This document shows, one piece after another, positions 1-10,895 of a stretch of 56,909 nt of DNA (position 1 is its first letter; each line of letters opens with the position of its first letter). Under the pieces are notes generated by a model that saw only the letters and a program-made list of their open reading frames with translations, made no database searches and was not told the origin of the DNA. The DNA is from Paraspadella gotoi (taxonomy: Eukaryota; Animalia; Chaetognatha): the NCBI GenBank assembly GCA_051294375.1, contig CM119268.1, positions 3,952,644 to 4,009,552 on the forward strand. Reading direction: 5' to 3'. A program made the translations under genes and the position numbers.

Positions 1-10
1 ATTGGCTGGT

Positions 11-470
11 TGGATCGGAATGAAATTTTGTGTATGGGTACTGGGTAGGAAGTAGGAACATGTGTGATGAAGCTGGATATAAAGTTTCGACGGAATCGTG
101 TGAGTGATATGAGTTTAAATGGAAAAAACAAATCGCATTTACTAAAATCTTTTTACTTATTTTAACCAATAAATACTATAATTAATCATAATTGGATGGA
201 TAGATTGAGTTCAAATTTTGTTTTTGGGTAGGAAAATATGTGACGAAGCTTGATATAAAGTTTCGGTACGAGTGGAAATGAGTTTAAATGAAAAAAATAT
301 GAGTCACATTTACTTGACTCTTTTTACTTATTTTAACCCATAATAGATTGAGATGAAATTTTGTGAGCGGGAAGGAAAGTTTGTGAAGAAGCTAGATATA
401 AAGTTTTGACGGAATTGTGCCAGTGGAAATGAGTTTAAATGGAAAAAATATAAGTCACATTTACTTTATT
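11..470. repeat. Degenerate tandem repeat (3 copies, ~130-180 bp), possibly the internal array of a non-autonomous transposon
   Basis: The block 'aaattttg...tgtga.gaagct.gatataaagttt...atgagtttaaatg.aaaaaa...catttact' recurs at about 11-170, 191-340 and 345-470. Confidence 0.75.
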
Positions 471-1019
471 TTAAGGACATCGATGATGATAAGCTGTATA
501 TAAATTTATAATTAATTATTAAATATTAAAATTAATTAATTAATTAATCGATTAATTAATTAATTAATTTTTGTAGGCAGATCCGACATTGTTTGCTCAA
601 ACTTGTTTTTTTTTAAATGGATTCAGATAGCCTATAAAAAGTTGTTTACACTTATAATACAATATATTTATAAATTGTATATAATGCGTTTTTCAATTTT
701 TCGATGATAAATGGGTCAAATAAGGGAAAACCTTGAAAAGTCATCATCATCATACCATAATTTTTATAGTTTTTGCTAATTTTAATTAATAAAACATAAA
801 TATTTGGAAATCTTTTAATAATACTTTTTTGATTTTTTTAAATTTTAACCGAATTCGTTTTTAAAAATTCTAAATTAGAAATAATTTTTTTTCTTTATTT
901 TTAGTAATACGATAAACTTTAAATGTTTCTATGTTATTAATTATACATAAAATTTTAATTTTTTTTAAATTTCGTTATCCCACAGGGATGCTCTAACGTT
1001 ATTTATATTACAGAACTCT

Positions 1020-1663
1020 TACCCCGTGTCTTTAAATATTTAATAAATAATTTATAAGTATATCATTAGTTGGAGAACTACTTCACGTTTTTTATGTATA
1101 AGTTTCATTTCGTGTCTAATTTATTTACTATTCTTTTTTAAATTTATATCTAACACAGTAAAATTGGCAAAAAAACACCTGATTGAATTTTTAAAAAAAA
1201 TTATATCATAAGAAATCCCGATTAATGGTCTAATCAATGGCGTATCTGAATTATAGTAATGTTGAGTAGTTCCGATTTTTTATTTGTTTTTTTAATTGTA
1301 AATCTTAAGTTTTCCTTATACAATTCGTCCAATTAAAAAAAAAATGCTGTCCTGAGCATGTTCTTGACTGTCTTGAATAATTATTTTATATTGTAAGAAT
1401 TTCCAGATAATTCTTAATTTAATGGTGTAAATGAATTTTAATAATTTTAAGTATTTAATGAGTAATTAATTTATAATAATTTTCTATATTAAAAAAATTG
1501 GAAGTTGTTTTAAATAAGTAAATATCAAATTAATCTTATGAAATTAAAATATAATATACATCCAGTACTTTGCTACAGAATGAGGAAAAAAAATTAAAAA
1601 ATATTTATCCAATGAGAAATGGTACGCATTTTTATGGTGTCACTCGCGAACGGACACGGGGTA
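1020..1663. mobile_element. Non-autonomous TIR DNA transposon (MITE), TA-flanked, Tc1/mariner-like
   Basis: The left end TACCCCGTGTC (1020-1030) and right end GGTGTCACTCGCGAACGGACACGGGGTA (1636-1663) are inverted repeats. The body is homologous to 34155-34525, which keeps the full left TIR TACCCCGTGTCCGTTCGCGAGTAACACC. The superfamily is inferred from the TA ends only. Confidence 0.7.
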
Positions 1664-1890
1664 GTTTTTACCTTGTTCCGCCTTAATATGTATATTTTTC
1701 AATCAGTTCTGATGTTCGAATTGAAATTATCGCAATCAACTTTATAATTTACTGTTGTTTAAAACAAAATTCGATTTAATTAAATTTGAAACGCAGCCTT
1801 TTATCCGCTTTTAAAAGTAGAATAACTTTTGGATCCAATATTCCCTAATGAGGTTTTAATTTAATCGAATTATCATTTTTAACCTTCCAG

Positions 1891-2911
1891 GTACGAACAA
1901 ATCTCTCGCATGACGGAGGCGCGGGAGAAGCAGCGCATCGAGCTTAAGGAACCCAAGCAGAAGTCTACGATCGGACGCCTTCAGATGCGTAACATCATGA
2001 TGCTGCTCCGCCGCGTCTGCAACCACCCTTTTCTCATCGAATTCCCCGTGGCCGAAATGGAGAATCCCTCAGAAAAAGTGGTCAACCTCTGCGGCAAGAT
2101 GATGATCCTCGACCAGATGCTAGTCCGCCTTCGGGTGGATGGCCACAAGGTTCTCGTCTTCAGCCAGATGACGCAAATGTTGGACATCATCGCCGACTAC
2201 CTCGACTTCCGCGGATTCGCCCACTGCCGCCTCGACGGCTCCATGCAATTGGACGAACGCCACGAGAACATCCGCGCCTTCAACGAAGACCCCAACCGCT
2301 TCGTCTTTCTCCTCTCGACCCGCGCGGGCGGGCTCGGGCTCAACCTAATGGCCGCCGATACGGTTATCATCTACGACTCAGACTGGAACCCCCAGTGCGA
2401 CCTGCAGGCCCAGGATCGCGCCCACAGGTTGGGCCAGAAGAAGCCGGTCCTCGTTTATCGCCTCATCACCGCCAACACAATCGATCAGAGGATCGTGGAA
2501 CGCGCCGCCGCCAAGCGAAAGCTGGAGAAGATGGTCATGCGCAAGGGGCGGTTCCAGGAGGCGGGCAGGAAGCAGGACGCCGCCAGCATCACGTCGCAGG
2601 AGCTGATGTCGCTGCTGCGGTCGCGAGACCAGGACGGCGAAGTCGTCGCCACCGAGGCACAGCGGACCTCGGGAAAGGTGCGTTGGACCATGACGGACGA
2701 GGAACTGGAGAAGCTCATTGATCGATCCGATTTGTACGTCAAGTGGGAGGAGGAAACGAAGGCGAGGAAGGTAGGGAAGGAGAAAGAAGGAGAGAAAGAG
2801 GAGGTGAAATCAGAATTAACTGAGAAAGTTGACCATTTAGAATCCCCGAATTCGAAAGATGGGAAAAAATCCATATTTTCCGTCGTCGAAACTGTTTACG
2901 GCGAAGATTAA
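1891..2911 (+). CDS. HELLS: Lymphoid-specific helicase (HELLS/LSH/DDM1-type SNF2 ATPase), terminal coding exon; 5' exons lie outside the window
   Basis: Acceptor ccttccag|G at 1890/1891. The ORF carries SNF2 HELICc motifs ([62 protein letters not shown]) and HELLS-typical [26 protein letters not shown] and LIDRSDL. Stop is TAA at 2909-2911. Confidence 0.9.
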
Positions 2912-3408
2912 GTAAGGGCTAATAGCGTGCCAATTACGTAGCAAATATTGAAGCAAATTTACTCGTAATTCAGATGTTTATGATTCGTTACTAATCTTAT
3001 TTAAACGCGTTTTACTGTTAGCGTTGTGTTTTTTCTATTTGTTTCGTTGTGATTTGATTTAGAACAAAGTTTTGAAGAGAGATTTAACAACGATTTTTAT
3101 TTCGTAGTGAAAAACGGACATGTTTTAATCTATTATGCTCTTAAAGATTTAGGTTCTCGTATACGTTTACCAAAAGTTGTCATGTTTTATCTCGGGCCTT
3201 GGGAAGCCCTATTGCCTTATTTGCGTTAAATGCGTTTTTTCGTCTCTTTTAAGATTTAGCGATCGTTTTTCTTTTAACTTTACTAACGTTTACCTTCCCG
3301 ACAGATAACTTACGCCTAATATTAGTGAGAGAGAGAGAGAGAGAAAGAAAGAATAATAAAAGCCTCCGGCTCCCCCCCCTCCGGAATCCTTCCGAATGAT
3401 CGGGCGGG

Positions 3409-6400
3409 ATGGAGGTTGCCACCGCCATGAATTTCGCCGAACACTTTTGGGGCGAGAAGAACAATGGATTCGACGTGTTGTACCAAAACATGAAACTGGG
3501 TCACGTTGCCTGTCAGGACCTGATCGAATACCTACGAGAGAGCGTTCGCGTCGAGGAGACTTACGGCCGCTCTCTCGGGAAACTGGTGCTTAAGGTAAGC
3601 TTAGTTCTATGTTCTACAACTTAGTTGAAGGGTTTGCCCCAATTTTCCGTTAATCTACTTCCGTTCATAACAGGCGAACAATGCTAATCAAAATGGGAGC
3701 TTCGCGCCAGTTTGGCAAATTATCAAAGCTTTCCCGGAAAAATTAATCCACGCTCATTCTCAGATGGTAAATCCCTAGTGTTTTAAGAAGTAAATTAGTT
3801 TAATTATCCTAAAATCAGTTATACTCCCTATTCTTGAAATGTTATTTTGTAAATGCTGTATTTAATGTGTTAACATAAATCAAAGCTATCAAATTACGTA
3901 CACCTACAGCATTTTGACCCCTTTAAAAACTAAAGAGCGATGGAATATTACAATTGAAATCTTTTTTTTTTTTTTTTTGCAGGTGCATCAACTGCAAGAT
4001 CTTCTGCGAGAGCTCGGCCGATATTCGGACGAGCTCCACTCGAAGCACAAGTCCGTCAAGGAGACGGAGAGCACGACGGAAGAATGCGTGCGGAACATGC
4101 GGTCCACCCTCGTCGCCGTGCACAAGGCTAAGGATAATTACAAACAGAGAATCATAGGTAATAAGAGAGGACTTTATTATAAATATATCAGATGATTAGG
4201 GCATGCGTTTCTTATTTGCCATTTGCCATTAAGCAGTGTGGAATTGGTTAAAAAAGTATTCACGATTTGGCGTGTATCCCTTACCCCTTCCCTAATCCAG
4301 AATTAGAAAAATTTAAACGAGAGAACGGTTCGACCAAAGACGTGGAGAAAACGGAAGCTCGTGTCAAGAAGACCAAGGAAGACTACAAGACTTACGTGGA
4401 AAAGTACGGGATCGTCCGCGAAGACTTCAACCGGAAGATGGTCGAATCCTCCACGAGGTTCCAGGAGATCGAGGAGACGCACCTCAGGAGGCTTCGCGAG
4501 TTCGTCGACAAATACGCCGACGTTTGGGAGACCGTCCATCGGAACTCTGAAGCGGTGAGGGGATTTAGAAAGGCTTCGAAGTTAACTTTTTTTTTTTTTC
4601 AATTCTCCACATTCGCTTACTCTTTCCCCGCAGGTGTCATCGGAGCTCCAGGAAAACCTCTCGGCGATGACGTGTCAACGGATTTTAGAACATTTCGTCG
4701 AGACCCGGTCGACGGGGACCGAGCGCCCGCCGCCGATCGACTTCGAGAGCGCCGACGAGATTCTCAATGGCCACGCCCTTCCGGCGTCGGTTCCTGGCAC
4801 CCCTGACGCGGGTGAGTTTTATAATTTTAAAATAGTTATCAATCCATTTTATATTATAATCATTTTGTCATCGACTCTTTTTCCCCTGAAGATTCTATTG
4901 GCTCCGGATTTGGCGGAGAGGACTTTATCCCCGGGGGACGAGAGGGCAGTACCGGGGGCTCCGGCGGATCCGGAGGCCGCGGGGTCGGCGGCGCCGGCGG
5001 TTCCATGGCCGGCGTCGCTGGTTCCATCGCCGACCTCGACGGCAGCCAATCCGGTTCCGCGTCCAACGTCGCTGCCGCCTCGGAACCGGTTCCGCCGCCG
5101 CCTCCCCCGACCAAAAGCTCAGCCTTTCCCAAAATCAGTTTGCCCGGTCCGTATATGTTTGTATATGTATAATGTATATATCGCTGAATCGTCTTAATCT
5201 CGATATTTAGGTCCGGGCAAGTTTTTTCGTCCCAGCAAAGAAAAGCGAAAGAAGAAGACAAGGAAGAAGAAGAAAGGAGAAGAGAGCGAGGACGACATGG
5301 AGTCTTCGGAAAATAAGCCTCAGGTCGGGACATTTTTTCTTTTTTTTTGGGGGGGGGAATGAATCAAAGCAGAAATTACGTATTAAGTTGCTTAGAGAAG
5401 ACAAGGTGAACCATTTGCATTAAAATTTAATTTAAATTATTTCAATTTAATATAATTTAAAATAGAACCTTTTCTTTTAAAGAAGAACGCTGAGCAAGCC
5501 GTTTTTCCTCTTGAATTCGGACTGGCTGTGTTGGGGAATGCCCTTCATTTTTCTAGTAACTTGGCATAACCCTACAAATTTTTATATCAAAACTCTGTCA
5601 CTTGATTTAACCACCTTAGTTAATAAACAGATCAGTCTTTGCCTTTTTGCATATGTTTACAGATAGAGGGATTTAGTAGATTCCATCGGATTCCCCATTA
5701 ACGATCGCGACACATTTTCTTCCTCCTCTTCCGCTTCTTTTCCTCCCTTCCTCTTCATCAAGCGACGACAGAAGGAACAAATTTTTTAAATTAATTTATT
5801 TATTATTTATTTATTATTTGTGGTTCTGTCTTTGTTGCAGGTGGACGAAGAGGGATTCTCCATCCGTCCCGAATTCGCTCAGACGAACAAAGACGACGAT
5901 TCCAGCAGCTTCAGCGACAGCGACGACGACGACCCCCGACTCAAGAAAGGTCAGTCAATTTGGCGTACCGACGTAGTAAATCTGATTAATGGTTGTTAGG
6001 ATTTAATTTAGGAATTTTAATATTTCCTTAACGGTTTTAAACGTCGTCAGGCTTCAACGTCGTCATCCGTCCGCTCGAAGAGACTCAGGGATTCAACGGG
6101 GTCGCCCGCCGAGAACCCGGCGCCACTTCCGCCTCCGGATCCTCGGCCGAGGCCATGGCGGCGCTTCTCAGTTCCGCCCGGGGACTGAGGTCTCCCTCGC
6201 AGGTACAGTTAATTGTTGCAATTTATGGAAGAAGTGTGTAAACTGGCTTTATAATTAAAAAGCATTCGAGTATTCTTTTTATGTTTGATAGCCAAATAAA
6301 CGAGAGATAACGTCCATGTTTATATACGTACTTGATTGAAAATGCGATTGTCCGGAAATTTATCCGTGAAAAAATTTCTTGATATTCATCATCGGACGGT

Positions 6401-9400
6401 ATCCATATTAAATATTAAATATTTGTAAATTATCTTCACAAATCACCTCCTCTTTGACTCTTCCCAATCCTGCAATCGACCCTTTCCCATCCCAGGTGGC
6501 GGCGCTGGCTAGGAATTCCCAGGCGTCGACCTCAGAGTCGGACGCCACTTGGGGCGCTGGTTGGGACGAGAAGATCAAACGCACGCAATCTCAGTCTTCG
6601 TCGGAATCCGTTCGGTAAGGGGACGACGTATAATAGACCGCTGGAGCGGAGCCTAAAAATACGAACTAGTGGAGTGGGAGAATTTAGATTTTGTTCAATG
6701 TTACATGTTGCGAGTAGTCCTAGAGAAAAGGGTCTTCATGATTCATCGTGACCCTTTCCGTCTGTTCTTAGTTGTGAGAAGAAAAAAATAAATTCCGCGC
6801 GCCCCTTTTGCATGCTCGCTTTTGTAACATCGCACTGTCCTCCTCCTCCTCCTCCTCTTTGCTTCATACGTTCGCTCACTCGATCTTTGCCGTCTGTAGC
6901 GACCTTATACGCGCTCGTCTCAGGTAGGGCCTTTTTACCTTTTGGGTTCGTATCCTGCTTTAACCCTCTCCCCTCCCCTGTCCTGTTATGAATGTATACG
7001 TTATTGGTTCTATCACCGACGCGCGGAACTTACTATTACCGGTGAAGACTAGCGTATAATTCATTACAATTAACAAAAGCATGCAGTTGTAGTTATGAAT
7101 GAATGGCTGTAGTATTCTTACTTATTTTTTTTTTTTAAACAAATCTATTAGGTTAAGCCGAAAATAACGATTTGATGTTGTATTGATTGTAGTCAAATAA
7201 TCCAGTTCAATTTGTCTTCGTAATCTAAATTTGTTTTTCATCGCTCCCCTGGTTTAATCCCTATAAATTTAAGTTTCTTTATGGCGGGGATTCAAGTAAG
7301 ATCGACACTCATTCGATGATGTGTACGGTACAATTTTGGCTGGACTTTAAGTACGCAATTGTGCTAATCAAACCTAACTAGTAACGAACTTTTAAGAAGT
7401 ATCTTAGATTTAATGAAAGAGGTCAGCTAAAAATGTATTTTCACGTAATAACCCCGTTTGTCGATCCAGCGTTATTTAAAACACACCGGTTCAAATTCAA
7501 ATTCTATCGCTTTTCTTTTTCTTTCATTTTCCTTCTCCCTCCCAATTACCCTTTACCCTTTACCCTCCCCCTGCGAATTTAATGTTTCCTTCTCTCTCCC
7601 CGGCATTTCACACCCATCACTCAACACAGCAGACCCCGCTCCACCTCTTTCACCCTCCACAACCCTCCCACTTCGGCTGAGTCGGCGCCGACAACCGCTT
7701 CCGGTCTGACGGCGCCGACGTCGTCCCGGCGCGCCGCTTCCGTGACGCCGCAGCAGTCTTTGTTGAAGCAAAGGTACAAGGATCTAGTCGGAGTCCCGAA
7801 CGTAGAAGTAGCTAAAGACTTAGAAGCAGAGAAAGATGCCGAAGATTTACCGCATTCTTCGCCGGCGCGATCGTCTCCTCATTTTCTTTCTGCGCGCTCG
7901 TTGTCCGCCTCTGACTTCGCGTCGCCCGTCCTTTGTCCCTTCGATTCGGAAGACGATTTCTCGAATTTAAAGAGTCGGTTGTCTTTGTCGCGACTTCCGC
8001 TCGTCGGTTCGGAGCCGGTCATTGACCCGAAGACGTCTTCTTCGTCGTCGAGTCGAGAGTCGCTGGAATCGGTCGTGGATCGAATCGTGTCTGAACCCTC
8101 GAGGACGACGCGAACCCACGCTCGTTTTATGGAAGCTTTCGACGACGCCGACGAAGATTTCGACGGCAAGTGGGCCGCTTTGTCGACGAGCGATTCGAGC
8201 GAACGTCGTCGGTTTCCCGGCGCCACGTCGGGCGAAAGACCGGGCAAAGTCGCTTGGACGGATTTCTCCGACGCAGTCGAGACGTTCCCGACGCGCCGGA
8301 CGTCGCCCTCTTCGTCTCCGCCGGCGCTGGACGAGGGACAGAGTTCGTCAGACTCGGATCTCAACGAAATGTCGTGGTTCGACTGCGAAGCAGAGAGCAG
8401 AACCATGTCGGACGTTCGAGAAAGCGGCGTAGGGTTTTCTTAGCCGCTCTCCCCTCTGGTTGGATGAGGATAACATCCACGGATGCGACAGCCTTATTGT
8501 GATCTCTGTTTTTGCTTTCAACTTTTCTAACGCCATTTTTTTAAAAAATGTTTTGCGCGCAGAAAATTTTGTTCCCTGTAAAAATCGATCATGATGTTCA
8601 AAGCTAAATCTATCCTAAATATTTTAAAAAAATTTCATTTGTAGATTTAGAAAGATCGACGGCTACCAGTAGGGATTAATCCAGAATTTACAGACCTTAA
8701 ATTATGATCTCCGGTAGTAATGTTCATGATTACTTCGTTACTTTCGTTATTTAGTAGGTTCGTTCTGGAATTAACTGGAAATAAATTATTTTTGAATACA
8801 ATAAATAAAAAAATCAGTAAAAAGGAAAAAAAAGAAAAAAGATTCCGCGTATTTTTTGCTTTTTAATTAATGTTAGTATAACCCCAGCGAGCTACTAGAT
8901 CGATTTTCCTTTTTTGGACTATCGCTCCCACCGTGCCTTTCCGGCTGTGACTCTGCCACTAACACGGCTAACGCCTCTTCCGCTTCCGTGCCTTTCAGGG
9001 CTTCCCACGAGGACGCCTTCGCCGCCTTCGGCTCCTCCTTCCCTCAGCTCCCTCTCTCTCTTCCTCCGCGAAAGGATGACGGGAATACGACGGATCCGCA
9101 TGCAGTCGGGGCTTCGCCGGCGCACAGTGAGTTTCGAGGGAAGTCAGTTAATTGAAGGACCCAAGAAGTTCTTTGGGGAATCATGACTATTTAAGATTAA
9201 TTGTTAAATAGAGGCTGTGTGGAACTATGTCAAAGTTTTTCCATCGCATTTCCTTATAGGTAATGAAAATTATATCGACGATTTTATTTTTGTCAGAATT
9301 GGTTTTCACCAAAAAACGTAAAAAGGGTAAGTTAAAAGAATAAAGATTCGGGCTAAAGTCGTACCTCACTTAATTGCGCAAAACCACGATATAATTTTTC

Positions 9401-10825
9401 GTTTCATACCCTATTGTCTTTTGAGTTAGAAGTCAGCTTAGTATATAATAATTATTTGGCTTAAGAGACTAATTCTAGTTTAGAAAATTTTCTCAAACTT
9501 ATTTTCCTCCCCTTGATCCAGAATCCGCCGTCTCTGCTCCGCCATCTGACGGACTCTTCGGCGACGACGACGACGACCCCGAGATGCTCGATCTCCACCG
9601 ACGACGCGACGACGATTCCCCGTCTCCTCCTCCTCCTTCACTCCCCCCTCCCTCCCTCCCGCCACCGTCCATGCCCGCCCCGCGCCTCGCCGCCAGTCAG
9701 GCGTCTCCGTCGCCGAGTCGAAAGCGTCCAACAGTCGGTACGGCGCTTGAGGATGGCATGCTTTCCACTTCTCTCCAGTTATTGTTCTTTGGATTTTGTT
9801 TTGTTGGTATTGCAATTGTTATTTGTTCGTTGCATTCATTTAAATTATATACTAATTCGTTTAAGTTTGCATCATATCGTTGACGTTTAGTCAAATAACG
9901 AGGGTAATTAATAAGTGGCAAAGTATTTGGTTGACAATGGTTTTATTTATGACGGACAATGATTTGGGTGATGACATAGGTAACGATGACACGATGATAA
10001 AGGTTAAGACAAAGGTGATGACAATATTAAACAGTTCAATAATTATTTGAAGAAGTGTTCTTTCTTGAGTTTGAGTGTAGAGGTGAATGCCAAGAGTTCT
10101 CTTAGCAATTTTGACCATCAATCCCTCCGTCGGTTCCTCTGTCGGTCATTGGTCATTCTAAGGTTGAAGTAAGGTCTGTGATTCGTCGGCATTCTGATGA
10201 GACGAGACGAGCAATCACATCACTAGGCCAACCAAGTCCGTTTATAGGTCCATTCCGTTGATGATATTGTTAAACCTCTCCCCCCAGACTCTACCGAACT
10301 CCCGTCGTCAACGTCGCCAGCTTTTTTCGCTTCTTCGCCCGTCAAAGCGACGACGACGACCGCCGAATCGACGTCCGCTCCGCCCGGCGTGCCCCCGCCC
10401 ACCTACAACAACGACGACAAATACGCTCCTTTTTCCGAGATTCTTTCGGGTGAGAGAACAAGCGTCTTGCGTCGATGTTGCCACTTGCCAATACGGCTGC
10501 GGATTTACTACGTACACCGAAACAAATAGATATGAAATTATTCATTTGTGTTCAATTTTGGAAATGTTTATTTTTTTGTCCTTGGAACTAGGTCTCAATT
10601 GGGACTCGAAGGAGTCGGAGGAAACGTCTCGTAGAGATCAGTCGGCGAGCGAGAGTCAACAGTTCGAATCGGCCGCTTTTGCCACGCCCACAACCTCAAA
10701 TGATAACTCCTTTCAGGTCAGGCCCTCACTTACCCTAGGTTAGGCTACTTCTCTATGCTTTTCCTTGTCCACTTTGCGACGGGGATCCTTCGCTAATATT
10801 TAAGTTTTTGTCCAACTATCAAATG

Positions 10826-10895
<70 letters not shown>

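Noticed and set aside
2485-2874. Antisense and alternative-frame ORFs over HELLS, FCHO and SKICH-gene exons
   Set aside because: These are the shadow ORFs expected from GC-rich coding sequence.
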